From Octopus vulgaris (taxonomy: Eukaryota), in the NCBI GenBank assembly GCA_951406725.2, contig OX597822.1, positions 47,120,001 through 47,184,000 of the forward strand: a stretch of DNA of 64,000 nucleotides, read 5' to 3'. Shown piece after piece: positions 14,986-27,800 of this stretch. The notes below the pieces were generated by a model. That model did not search any database. It worked only from the letters and a program-made list of their open reading frames with translations, and had not been told where the DNA came from. The number at the start of each line of letters is the position of its first letter. Within the stretch, counting starts at the first letter, position 1. Position numbers and translations under genes: made by a program.

Positions 14986-15194
14986 ATATATAACTCTGGA
15001 TCAACCAATGTCTTGTGAATATCATAAACGGAAACTGTGTGGAAGCCCGTTGTATACATACACACATGCTCTAATATTAATTAAACAGTGAGAATGAGTG
15101 CTCAACACCGCATTGCTGGTTAAATACTCTTTATTTGTAGCTTAAGAAGGCTACCATTGGTTTCATGCTGAGAGAAACCTCTCAACAATTATTA

Positions 15195-15258
<64 letters not shown>

Positions 15259-16035
15259 AGTGTGTTTGTACCCCACCATAGCTTGACAGCTTGTGTTGGT
15301 GTGTATACGTTCTGTATTCGTTGGTGTGTATCGCAAAAGACAGCGATAGAATAAGTATCTGGTTTATAAAAAGTAATAGGTCTGTGCATTCGACTAAATT
15401 TCTTTTAGAGGTGCCTCAGCTTGGCTGCAGTCTAATGACCAAAATAGATAGCAGGATAAAACGATAAAAGAACAGAAAGACGGATGTGGAGCAACTATTA
15501 CAGTGATTCTCAACCGGGATCCATACGGCCTTCGGCGGCCATATTGCCCTTGGGCGTCCATATAAGATTTTGTTGATAAAATTTATCCGCAATAAATTGG
15601 TTATACATCTACAATAGACAAAATATCTTGACAATTTTTTTAATACAATTTCCAATGATATTTATCTATAAACACACAACAGAATTTTTAAACATCGATG
15701 AGGGTCCATCGAATAAAACAGGAATCAAAGTGGACCATAGACAAAAAATGGTTGAGAAACCCTTAATTTTACAAGAATACTGCCAAAGAACTCCCCAGCG
15801 ACCATCCACAATGCTCAAGAAAACTCGGGGACTTGCAGAACAAAACCATATGGGAAAATATTCCCATATGATTTATTATTCGTTTAGCGCTGAGTTACTT
15901 AACACGGTGTATTATTTTTTTTAACCAAACAACCGTGATAAACGAGTATAGACGTATCTTTATTAATCCATACACACACACACACACACACATACACACA
16001 CACACACGCACACACAAACAAAGAAACAAACACAT

Positions 16036-16145
16036 GCAAACAGTCATACACAAGCAGTGATTAAAAGTTTGTAGGTACGTGGCACTCCGTGCAAACAGTC
16101 ATACACAAGCAGTGATTAAAAGTTTGTAGGTACGTGGCACTCCGT
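16036..16145. repeat. Perfect 55-bp tandem duplication
   Basis: GCAAACAGTCATACACAAGC...GGCACTCCGT occurs twice in a row. Confidence 0.9.
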
Positions 16146-16344
16146 TATGCAAATACACTATACAATGAAGTATACAAAAGTCAGTACCACGTCCTACTGC
16201 GTCAGCCATGCTTGTTACATTACTTTTAAAGTTATTTCTACAGATATACTACAAAAATTATAGCCAGTACTGATTTTTGCGACAACGTTTCGTATCGAGA
16301 AGTCAGATGTAAACAAACAATGAGATCGGAGACAGAAGTGGGTA

Positions 16345-16396
16345 ATGAGTGTATATGCCATGTTTCAGGGTTCATTACCCTTTCATCAGCACTCAT
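16345..16396 (-). ncRNA. Type I hammerhead ribozyme motif, near intact
   Basis: Minus strand: stem I ATGAGTG/CACTCAT, core CTGATGA+A, stem II AGGGT/ACCCT, GAAA, stem III CATGGCATA (one C-A mismatch), UA cleavage site; stem I extends with GTGGGT/ACCCAC. Confidence 0.7.
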
Positions 16397-16819
16397 CTAA
16401 CCCACTATTGCCTCCTCCGAACACATTGCTTATATAGCCACCACATACAGCTGTATTGAGATATTGGATAAACCAATGTTTCGTATCAAGACGTCAGATG
16501 TAAACAGAACGTGGTACTGACTTATGAAAACATTTAGTATACTTTATAGTATGTTGTATTTGCATAACAAGATAAATTTCATTTATTCTTTTATTTATTT
16601 ACTTATTTCCTGTTCTTCTTTTACTGGTTTCATTCATTTGACTGCGGCCATGCTGGAGCACTACCTTAAAGGGTGTTTTGTCGAAGAAACCGACCGCATG
16701 ACTTACTTTTTTACTAATTCTCGATACGAAACGTAGCAAAAATTAGTGCTGGCTGTTAAGTTCTATAGAATATCTGTAGAAATAACCTTAAAAACAAGCA
16801 ATTATGTGTGAATTCTCCC

Positions 16820-16900
<81 letters not shown>

Positions 16901-17011
16901 TGTATGTATGTATGTATGTATTAAAGTTAGAGAGGGCCGGTTTTGGGGATTCATAAGATCCCAAAATCCGTTGGCTCGCTTCGCTAGAGAGGCCTTTAGC
17001 CAACTGGTTCT

Positions 17012-17073
17012 GGGATCTGATGATACGCCATAAAGCTAATCCCTTTATAGGTGTGAAACCTAAGGTAGCCCCC
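17012..17073 (+). ncRNA. Type I hammerhead ribozyme motif in a ~210-bp element (16921-17133) between microsatellites
   Basis: CTGATGA(17017)+T, stem II ACGCC-ATAAAG/CTTTAT-A-GGTGT, GAAA(17055), stem III ACC-TAA-GGT, GUA site (after 17067); stem I GGGAT/GCCCC is partly mismatched. Confidence 0.7.
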
Positions 17074-17382
17074 ATAAGATATACTGCTCTATTACTTAGT
17101 GTGCTTCTTTTCTCGGATTTATGTTTACGGACGATGTGTGTGTGTGTACACATAAGCAACGCTCACACACACACACACATATATTAAAGAGATTTGTGTA
17201 AAACCGGAACATTGAGAGATGGCACATAGAGACTACAAGAGGAAAAGCAAAAGAAAAGTTACATCACACGATACTTCACCAAAAGTACCTCATAAATATG
17301 TATATATATATATATGTATGTATGTATGTATATACACACACATACACGCATATACAAACATCTGTGTGTCTCTGTATATATG

Positions 17383-17416
<34 letters not shown>

Positions 17417-17571
17417 TGTATGTATGTATGTATGCTTGTATATAAGTATGTATGAATATATGTATGTATCTGCCTCTCTATCGCATGCGTGTCTGAATAC
17501 ACCAATTGTTTCTGCTAATAAGTCCGTATCGTGTACATGTATTAAAAGTAGATAAAGAGCACTAAGTGTGT

Positions 17572-17607
<36 letters not shown>

Positions 17608-17988
17608 GCGTATGTGTGTGTGAGTGTGCGTGTGCGTGTGTGTGTTTATAGGAGCAGCGTAATTCCGAAGGGTGACTGCGTACATAATTCATTCTCTTTT
17701 TCTTTTGCTTCCTTCCTTCTTCCTTCAAACCTACCTTCCTCCCTCCCTCCCTCCCACCGTTTCTCCCTCGCCCTCTTATACACACACACACACACAGACA
17801 CACCTAAAGACACACACACACACAGACACACCTAACACACACACACACATGTGACTACTACTGCGGCTTTCAATAGATTCGAATACGTTTGCACGTGTGT
17901 ATGTGTATGTAAGTATATAAACATACGTACGTGTATATGTATGCATTACATATATGAATGTATGTATGCATTTATGTAAGTATGTATG

Positions 17989-18345
17989 TTTGTACTTATA
18001 CGTGTATGTATGCATTGCCGTATATGTGTTGTATATAAGAATATATATACGTATGCATGTATGTTGTATATATGTATGTATGGATGCATGTATGTATAGT
18101 TATATACATGTATGTATATATGCATGCATATATGAATGTATGATTGTGTGTGTACATGTTTGTATGTTTGTACTTATACATGTATGTATGCATTGCCGTA
18201 TATGTGTTGTATATAAGAATGTATATACGTATGCATGTATGTTGTATATATTTGTGTATGTATGTATGGATGCATGTATGTATAGTTATATACACGTATG
18301 TATATATGCATGCATATATGAATGTATGATTGTGTGTGTACATGT
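17989..18345. repeat. Tandem duplication (~179-bp unit) of a cryptically simple TATG/TGCA-rich sequence
   Basis: TTTGTACTTATAC...GCATTGCCGTATATGTGTTG recurs at ~17989 and ~18168. Confidence 0.8.
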
Positions 18346-19149
18346 TTGTAATGTATGCGTAACTTTTATATATGCATGTCAGGTCAGAGATAATAGCCTA
18401 ACCTACTACTGGTAATCATGTAACTCAATACAACCTGTACACGTTCGGGCCGTCGGCAACTAAACCGGTGACCTCACCAAACCTGCCTATTGAGAAGAAT
18501 GGTTTTTGGATACTGTGAATGAAAAACAGCACTTGCTGAAGTATCAATGAACCTTTCACTGTATTTTATATCATAAAATACTCACGAAACCTGAACTTTA
18601 GAAAAGTCTTGTATAGTAATACCACTTACAAATTGTAATGACTGCAAAAGAACAGGCAGAATGAAGTATGTGTGTTTTTGTTCTTTTTTTTTTGTTTGTT
18701 TTTTGTTTTTTTTTGTTTTTTTTTTGCTGGCAGAAACGTTAGCACGCCGGGAGAAATGCTTAGCGGCATTTCGTCTGTCTTTATGTTCTGAGTTCAAATT
18801 CCGCCGAGCTTTGCCTTCCATCCTTTCGGAGTCGATAAATTATGTACCAAAAAAAAAAAAAAAAAATTCGGGCCTTGTGCCTAGAGTAGAAAAAGTATAT
18901 ATATAATGGTTTCAAATTTTGAAACAGGCCCTGTTACTTAATTAGCACTATTTGATCGACCCCAAAAGGATGAAAGGTAAAGTTGACCTCAGTGGAATTT
19001 GAACTTAGAATGTAAAGATAGACGAAATACCACTAAGCATTTCGCCCGGCATGCTAACGATTCTGCCAGCTCGCCGCCTTATTTTCGGTATATTGGGAGA
19101 GCTGAACAGCAGGTCTTCAGAGAAGCCTCCCCATTTCATGCAAGTGTTT

Positions 19150-19655
19150 CGGCCCTTAACTCATTACACTCAAAGCGGGCGGGCCGCATCCAGGTCAAGA
19201 TTCCTGGTTACCCCTCTGGTGTCACATTGTGCTACTGTCTACATCGCAACACTCCTGGATGGTGAAGGTACCCTGGGTTCAAAATACCTTGTGTATTGTA
19301 ACCAGTTCAGACAAGGGCAACAGTTGAATGTAGGACAAATTAAGCCCTTTGAAATTTACTCTCATTCGTCCTTGATCAGATCCAGATGGAACCCAACTCA
19401 GCAGCTTCTACCATTCATTGTTTCCAGAATTCTAGTTCTCTTTTCCCCCACAAAATGAGAGCCACTTCATGAGATCATAATCGAATTTTCTCACTAATTA
19501 TTCCTCTCGTACCAATCCTTATGGCAAGGACTTTAGTTTGGAAGTCAGATGGCTAAACTATCATATTTTCCCCTCTTTTAGATGTAGGCTTCCTCCATAC
19601 TGCGATCTTATATGGCTCAGTGAGTTCCATAAGAATCACTTCTTTTGATTAAAGT
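19150..19655 (-). mobile_element. Decayed 3' end of an RLE-bearing (NeSL/HERO/R4-like) non-LTR retrotransposon
   Basis: Minus-strand translation KEVILMELTEPY..MEEAYI*KRGKYDSLA...KVLAIRIGTRG resembles the restriction-like endonuclease motif ELTVPWE..EEA..RK..KY..L...VEVG.RG. Confidence 0.55.
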
Positions 19656-20346
19656 GGGTCTAAGGTTACGTGTGTAAACATCTCATATAACGTTTTCAGT
19701 TTGAAAGACACAAGGAATTGTGTCTAAGAACAAAACAATATCTTTGAGATTGCAACTTGGATTTCATGCATAAAATTAGTATTTCTTTAATGAATTGATA
19801 ATCATCTACTTAAAGATTTAATGATTTTTAGGTTCTAGTTGTCGTGGTCAGTGCTTACCTTACCTACCCAGTCAGCACGACCTTAATATATGAGTGGATA
19901 TGCGTTAAAGAGCGTCCATTTATCGCGCGCGCACAACACACACACACACACACACGATGGACTTCTTTCAGGTTCATCTACTAAATCCACTCACAAGGCT
20001 TTGGTCAGCCCAAGGCTGTAGTAGAAAACACTTGCGTAAGGTACCACGCAGTGGGACTAAACCCGGAAACATGTGGTTGGGTTGCAAACATTTTTACCAC
20101 ACACACACTTATATGTATATATATATATGATATTAAATAATATGTATGTTTGTATGTATGTGTGTGTGTGAGCATATGTGGGTACAGGACGTCACCGACT
20201 GTGCAAACAACATGAAATACGTAAACAAACGAAAGAAAAAATAGAAAACAGGACAAGTAAACACAGAGAAATGACCCTTCATCAGTTGTCGGCTGTCTAT
20301 ATACTCCTCATTTCGAGCATTCAACACACACCCACACCCACACACA

Positions 20347-20508
20347 TGGCTGTGTGGTAAGTAGCTTGCTTACCAACCACATGGTTCCGGGTTCAGTCCC
20401 ACTGCGTGGCATCTTGGGCAAATGTCTTCTGCTTTAGCCTCGGGCCGACCAAAGCCTTGTGAGTGGATTTGGTAGACGGAAACTGAAAGAAGCCTGTCGT
20501 ATATATGC

Positions 20509-20539
<31 letters not shown>

Positions 20540-20767
20540 CATGTTTGTGTGTCTGTGTTTGTCCACCTAGCATTGCTTGACAACCGATGCTGGTGTGTAT
20601 ACCTCACCGTCACTTAGCGGTTCGGCAAAAGAGACCGATAGAATAAGTACTGGGCTTACAAAGAATGAGTCCCGGGGTCGATTTGCTCGACTAAAGGCGG
20701 TGCTCCAGCATGGCCGCAGTCAAAGGACTGAATCAAGTAAAAGAGTAAAAGAGTAAAAGAGTAAAGA

Positions 20768-20770
<3 letters not shown>
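20347..20770 (+). mobile_element. SINE family A copy
   Basis: Full match including the (AAAAGAGT)n tail. Confidence 0.9.
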
Positions 20771-20804
<34 letters not shown>

Positions 20805-21649
20805 AATATTAAGGAATAGAAAAATGGTTCCTAATTCCGCCATCTTTCACCATCATTCTAATTTACTAGTTTTATTCAATGGTATATTTCTCCAATACAT
20901 GCACCTCATGCTAATATACTAAATAGGTTGGTAATAAAATAGCAGATAAGTTATAAATCAATTTGTCGTAGTGGACAGCTATGGGTAAAGAGGATACTGG
21001 ACTGTTCTGAACAAACGGCCTACTGACCTCTGGGAATACTGGCTATTAAGGGATATCAACTATGCAGTCATAAAACAAGTTAAATTATATATTTTATCTG
21101 TTTATTTATGTATGTATCTAGCTTTTTGGTTATTCTCCTTTTTATTATTGGTTTTCTGCATTCACCCGTTTTCTTGACCGGCTGAACTGTACTTGTGGTT
21201 TACGATCTAATGGCGTTTGCTTTTATTTTAAATGTGATAAGCTAATGAAATTATTGCAATAGAATCAACATGAGTTATATATTCCATAGAATACAGTTTA
21301 ATTTAGCAGTTTCATTCTATTCATACGTGAAGTGTCTTCACCTACCAAACTTGCTGAAATAATACTGATGCGATGAATTATTTAATATATTTTCTATATT
21401 AATTGGCGGTAAGGATGCTGTATTTCGTTATGTAACCACAATATACTACAAAGTATGTGAAAGATTTGTAAGCCAATGTGTTCCACATGCGTTAGTAGTG
21501 CTTAATCAATCACTTTCTAAATTTTACATTTTAAACACATTCCTGACAACTTGTACGTATACAGGCGTAGGGGTGGCTACAGGCGCAGGAGTGACTTTAC
21601 AGGCGCAGGAGCGGCTTTACAGGCGCAGGAGTAGCTGTGTGGTAAAAAG

Positions 21650-21880
21650 GCTGCGAACTGGCAGAAACGTTAGCATGCCGGACGAAATGCTTAGCGGTAT
21701 TTCGTCTGCCGTTACGTTCTGTGTTCAAATTCCGCCGAGCTCGACTTTAACTTTCATCCTTTCGGGGTCGATAAATTAAGTACCAGTTACGCCCTGGGGT
21801 CGATGTAATCGACTTAAACTCTTTGTCTGTCCTTATTTGTTCCCTCTATGTTTAGCCCCTTGTGTGCAATAAAGAAATAA
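21650..21880 (+). mobile_element. SINE family B (GGCGAGCTGGCAGAA head, GAGTTCAAATT B-box, conserved GCCTTTCATCCTTTCGGGGTCGATAAA domain), inserted into the head of a family A SINE
   Basis: Family A head GGAGTAGCTGTGTGGTAA ends at ~21645 and resumes AAGCTTGCTTCC at ~21882. Confidence 0.85.
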
Positions 21881-22053
21881 GAAGCTTGCTTCCCGCCTGC
21901 ATGGTTCCAGGTTCAGACCCACTGCGTGGCACCTTGGGAAAATGTCTTCTACTATAGCCTCGGGCCGATCAGAGCCTTGTGAGTGGATTTGGTTGATGGA
22001 AACTGAAAGAAGATTGTCGTATATAAGTGTGTGTGGTGGTGGTGGTGGGGGGG

Positions 22054-22514
22054 GTACCTTTTGGTTATGTCACCCCCATTAAAAAATTGCCATTAAAAAA
22101 TTGGGTTATCTCCCCACTAAAAAACCAAGTTAATGTGGCGACAAGAGATTGGATTAAAAGAGATCTTTTTGATTCAATACTTCAACACATTGTTGACGTT
22201 TGGTCTCTTCAATAGGAATGGTATGATTTGTCATTAAAATATTATGATTCAGTAAGATGTTTAATTCTTTCAGTTTCCATGCTTATTAATTTTTTGCAGT
22301 TTTATATGATTTGTTATAAAAATATTATCAGATTCAATACGAGGTTTCATCTTTTCATTTTTCATATTTATTATTTTTTATTTTTTTTATATTTTATTGA
22401 GGGTTAAACAATTTTTTTAGTTGAGGGAGATAACCAAAAGTACCAATATTTCTCATAAAAGGGGAGGGGAAATAACCCAATTTTTTTAATGGGAGTGAGA
22501 TGACCAAAAAGTAC
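22054..22514. mobile_element. MITE with ~35-bp imperfect TIRs (GTACTTTTTGGTTATCTCACCCCCATTAAAAAA), inside the microsatellite of a family A SINE
   Basis: TIRs at both ends; relatives at 24905-25018 and 60326-61110. Confidence 0.8.
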
Positions 22515-23130
22515 GTGTGTGTGTATGTGTATTCGTGTGTCTGATTTTGTCCCCCACCATCGTTTGACACGACACCAATGTTGGTGTGTTTACGTTCCCC
22601 TAACCTCGCGGTTCAGCAAAAGAGACTGACAACATAAGTACTAGTCTTACAAAGAATAAGTCCTAGGGTCGATTTGTTCGACTAAAGGCGGTGCTCCAGC
22701 ACGGCTGCAGTCAAGTGAGTGAGATAAGTAAAAGAATAAAAAAAAGAACATTGATTGGCGGCTATTTAAGCAAAGTGCGTTTGTGGATGGTTAATGGGTC
22801 GGCTGTGGTGCTGAAGAATGAGTTGAAGAATTCCTGAAATATACCTATACACCCTTTACGCATTTTTCTGTCTTCGATCACATTGCTTACATAGACGTAT
22901 TCGTAACTTCCTATGCTGACTCTAGTTTTTATAGAAAACTCGTACAGATAACTTTAAAAAGTGATTGATTTGCACTGCTAACACAGGTAGGAAGCACTAT
23001 TGACTTATAAAAACGTTTAATATACTTTATAGTATATAATAGATGCATAACGAAATACAGTGTCTTTATCAGCAATTAATATGTACGTACCAGTTGCCAG
23101 CACTGTGTTTAATATGTAAAAAATAACTAT

Positions 23131-23535
23131 AGGCGTAGGAGTGGCTGTGTGGTAAGTAGCTTGCTTACGAACCACATGGTTCTGGGTTCAGTCCCACTGC
23201 GTGGCACCTTGGGCAAGTATCTTCTACTATAGCCTTAGGCCAACCAAAGCCTTGTGAGTGGATTTGGTAGACGGAAACTGAAAGAAGCCCGTCGTATATA
23301 TGTATCTATATATATGTATTTGTGTGTATATGTTTGTGTGTATATATGTTTGTGTGTCTGTGTTTGTCCCCCCAACATCGCTTGACAACCGATGCTGGTG
23401 TGTTTACGTCCTCGTAACTTAGCGGTTCGGCAAAAGGCTTACAAAGAATAATTCCTGGGGTCGATTTGTTCGACTAAAGGCGGTGCTCCAGCATGGTCGC
23501 AGTCAAATGACTAAAGCAAGTAAAAGAGTAAAAGA
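23131..23535 (+). mobile_element. SINE family A, full length
   Basis: GGCGTAGGAGTGGCTGTGTGGTAAG head through to the AAAAGAGT tail. Confidence 0.9.
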
Positions 23536-24071
23536 GAGTTTCAGTCATTCGACTGCGGCCATGGTTAATGAGTTGGATATGGCACTGAAGAGGGAGCAAG
23601 AAATCCTGAAATATGTATATACACCTATTATCTATTTTTTTCTATCTTCGATCACATTGCTTACATAGACGTATTCGTATACGAAACGTCGTAACTTCCA
23701 TTGCTGGTTCTAAATTCTATAGAAAATTTGTAGAGAGAACTTTAAAAAGTTAGTTGATATATTATACGATAATATTTCGGCATGATTTTGCTGGTAGAGT
23801 GGAGATGAAACAATTGTAGGATTATGCAATAAAGTGTGTTTGCTCAATCCATTCTCTCTCGTTTACACACACACACTCACACACACACAGGGAAGGGGGA
23901 GAGAGAGGGAGGGAGAGAGAGAGAGAGACAGTGTTTAATGTATGTTTTGATGTAAAAGCGTGTATATTCCTTCGTAGTGGAGGTGATGACAAGTAACACT
24001 GAAAACAGTTGTCATAAGGCGTACGTGTTTCGGTGATTGAGTATGTGTACGTATATTTTGTGTGCACGTAC

Positions 24072-24183
24072 CTGTGCCAGAGAAACAGGTGGCGGAATAA
24101 TACCTTGATCTCAAGGTATGCCCCATTCCGCTATATCTAAAGGTTCTTTTGATCCATTGGTACATTTCTTTGAAGTCAACCAT
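24072..24183 (-). CDS. Candidate first coding exon of an unidentified host gene (MVDFKEMYQWIKRTFRYSGMGHTLRSRYYSATCFSGT, phase-1 donor)
   Basis: Unique non-repeat sequence; strong start context CCAACAATGG; 37 open codons ending at a consensus donor CAG|GTACGT; no homology recognised. Confidence 0.4.
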
Positions 24184-24711
24184 TGTTGGTATTACAGGTG
24201 TTCGATTCGCTCTTCCACTACAAACATTTCATACTTTAGAATTTTGAACGAAATGACGTCACTGACCGTATTTAGAAACACATGTATCAGACCGTGAAGT
24301 AAGAAACTTCTATGGAAATGCTTTGGTGTAACTTTGCTATGTCGGTATGTACAGGTGCCAGTGTTTTGATGAATATAACTTCTTTTGCTTTTATCTTTTA
24401 CTTGTTACAAGTCATTGGATTGTGGTCATGCTGGGGCACCGCCTTGAAGGGTTTAGTTGAATAAACCGGCCCTGGTATTTATCATTTTCGGACTGGCATT
24501 TATTCTATTGGCCCATTTTGCCGATCCGCTGGGAAACGGGGACGTAAAGAAACCGACACCGCTTGTCAGGTAGTGTGGTGGGGAAAATGCAAAAACAAAC
24601 ACATACACACCCGAACACACAGACACTCACACACATACATACCCACACACACACAGTCACATGCACATACACACACACATACACACATTCATACACTCAC
24701 ACACATATATA

Positions 24712-24900
24712 AAGGTGCATGGCTCAGCAGTGAGTGCGTCGAACTCAAAATCATAACATAGTGAGTTCGATTCCCGGATCGTGGTGTGTGTTGTGTTCTT
24801 GAGCAAAACACTTTTTTTCACGTTGCTGCAGTTCACTCAGCTGTAGAAATGAGTTGAGACGTCACAGGTGCCAAGCTGTATCGGCCCTTTTGCTTTTCCC
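24712..24900 (+). mobile_element. Third tRNA-derived CORE-type SINE head
   Basis: TGGCTCAG A-box, GAGTTCGATTCCC B-box, followed by GTGTTCTTGAGCAAAACAC...TCAGCTGTAGAAATG (CORE-like). Confidence 0.6.
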
Positions 24901-26824
24901 TTGGATTGAGAGTTAAACAATTCTTTTAGTTGAGGGAGATAACCAAAAGTATCAATATTTCTCATAAAAGGGGGGAGAGATAACCCAATTTTTTTAATGG
25001 GGATGACCAAAAAAGTACATCAGTGTGTGTGTCTGTGTGTCGCCCACCATTGCTTGACACGACACCGATGCTAGTGTGTTTACGTCCCTGTAACTTAGCG
25101 GTTCGGCCAAAGAGACCGATAGAAAAAGTACTAGGCTTACAAAAATAAGTCCTGGGGTAAATTTGCTCGACTAAAAGGTGGTGCTCTAGCATGGCAGCAG
25201 TCAAATGACTGAAACAAATAAAAGAATAAAAGAATACAAATAACTACGCAGAGGCAGCCATGGTTGAAACAAGAACAAAAACACGCCTTATTAGAAGAGA
25301 AAAGAAGCATGGTCATACCTTAGCAAAGTGATCTTATCTTAATCGCCCATCACTTGTTATGCGCTCACAAATCAGTTTGAGAGTTGAGCTCAGATTGGCT
25401 GTACGCAAATGAGTTCATAACTGGCGTCTGGAACTCTCGTGGGGAAAAATTTTCGCCGCCCGGTCCGGAAATGGAAACCACGATCTTGGGATCACGTGTG
25501 CAACACCCTTCTCATTAAACCACGCGCCTTCACATTAGTGGCCAAGAGAAGAAAATATTTTCAGTTGTTATATGTCGTCAGAACATCTATGTTTTTCCAG
25601 CAAATCGACAACATCATCAAGAATAACCCTAGGAGGTTAATGAGGGCCATTACCGAGCAGTTCCAAGCAATGGAGTCCATTTATTAGATGTGTGGGTCAC
25701 AGAATCACCAGATACAAGTATAACATGATGAGGAGAGCGCAATTCCATGCACGTCAAGACGAGGGATAACTCTTTAATCACGTGACGCCAACTTCATGTG
25801 ACCTAATTCACTTCGGTTAGCTTCCTGAGCTGCTGCATCTTGGGCGTCATTCTCTGTTGAATGGGAGTGAGCAGCCCTCTGGTGCCAAGGACTCATCGGT
25901 GAGATGCTGTTGTTGGCGAGGTGCGCAGGCTGCTTGATGCTAGCAACCAATTGCTTCCTGACAGAACTGGAAACATCAATGGGGTTGAATGGTCGCAGGT
26001 TGTTGAATGACTTGTTTCTATGATGTATCTAGTTCAAGGGTTCTCAAACATTTTTTTTTATCTATGGACCCCTTTAATTACTATCTTATTCTGGTGGACC
26101 TCCATAGCCATTCGGTGTTTTAGAGATACTTCTTTCAGTACTCTTGTTTTCTTTTTCATCCATTAACTTGTGTAAGTTGAATTATGTAAAATGTCAGAGA
26201 AAGAAAACAAACTATTTCTTGCAATACATACATCTAAAGCAAACATTTTTAAGGGCCCTTAAGATACTACTGTAGATCCTCAATTTACTATTTTATCACG
26301 TGGACGCTCAGGAGACATATGGACCTTGGTTGAAAACCACTGATCTGGTTGAATGGGTGGGGCTTCATCTCAGAAGATGTATTTTCATTGCTCTTTTTTG
26401 AATTCTTTTATCTTTTACTTGCTTTACTCATTGGACAGCAGCCATTCTGGGGCACGTTTTGGAGGGTTTAGTCAAACAGATCGACTCCAGTGCATACTAA
26501 TCTTTGGAAGACTGGTATTTATTCTATCGGTCTTTTGCTGAACCGCTAAGTTACAGGCATGTAAATAAACCAGTACCGATTGTCATGTGATGGTGGCGGT
26601 ACAAACACAGACACAAAGACACACACACACACACACAAACAGAGGGCTTCTGCAGTATTTCCGTCTACCAAATCCACTCACAAAGCACTGATCGGCCCGG
26701 GACAATAATAAAAGACACCAGCTCAAGTAGGTCTAAGCCCGAAACCTCGTGGTTGGAAAATGAGCCTCTTGATCTGTACACACACGTACACAGACACACA
26801 CGTACACAGACACACACAGACACA

Positions 26825-26856
<32 letters not shown>

Positions 26857-27464
26857 ACACACACACACATATATATATATACGCATACATATACACACAT
26901 GTGATGAGTGTTCAAATATATAAAGGATGCAGGCATTTCCGAGTGGTTAAGAAATGGAAGATCCATTCCACAGTGAGCCATCTTGTACAAGTGCCTTTTA
27001 CCACAACCTAGGATCAACCAAATCCCTGTCAGCGAAATGGGATAGACGGAAACTGTACGGGAACCTGTTCAAATTATCGCAACAGTAATTTAAATGGCCA
27101 TCATTGTCATACGAGTGTGCTATACTGACTCTGCTCAAGGATTACATTCAGGTAACACGTTTTCCTATGGGATACTCAGCCACTTACAATGTAAACTCAC
27201 AGATAAATTGATGGAACAATGAAATATTCATTGTTGGAACTGACGTGGAGTCATTTACATATATTTGCATACATCTGTGTTCGCACACATACATTCCTTT
27301 TCTGGTTTCAGTCATTTGGTTGTGGCCATGCTGGAGTTCTGCCTTTTGAGTTGCACGGGCAGCCTTCGATTTTTTCCATCTAAAGGATTTTAACTAAAAA
27401 TCAATATGCGGTAATTTAAAGCGTAATCTACTTCGAGTTCCACGGTAAAAAAAAAAACGATTTA

Positions 27465-27800
27465 TAATTTTATATGGTGAACTTTCCACTGGAAAAAAAC
27501 ACCATAGCCGTCCCCTCCGGCGATATAGGGATCAGCTGAAGCAAAACCTAAAACTGACTGGAATCGATCCCAAAGCCTGAGACATTGAAGCTCAGGGCAG
27601 GCTCGATTGGTATCATTCCATCACCACTGTGACAAATCATTTTGAAACTGAACGACAGAGTAAAAAGGAAGAAAAACGACAATAAAGAAAATGGAGGCTG
27701 CAACAACCAAAGCCTCCAACATGGATCCCTTGTGAACTTTGCAACAGACACTTCCATGCAAGAATTGGGACAGTATACTCGACCTAGGGAATCCTCGCTC
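27465..27800 (+). mobile_element. Decayed RTE-clade LINE 3' fragment with C-terminal Cys motif
   Basis: LYGELSTG..RPLRRYRDQLKQNLKLTGIDP...DWYHSI...FETER...IPCELCNRHFHARIG, with in-frame stops. Confidence 0.75.

Noticed and set aside
15145-15195. Minus-strand stem + GAAA-CCAATGG-TA, the 3' half of a hammerhead
   Set aside because: CUGANGA and the 5' strand of stem I are missing; at best a truncated relic
23131-23205. tRNA-like A/B boxes in SINE heads
   Set aside because: No full cloverleaf; part of SINEs, not tRNA genes
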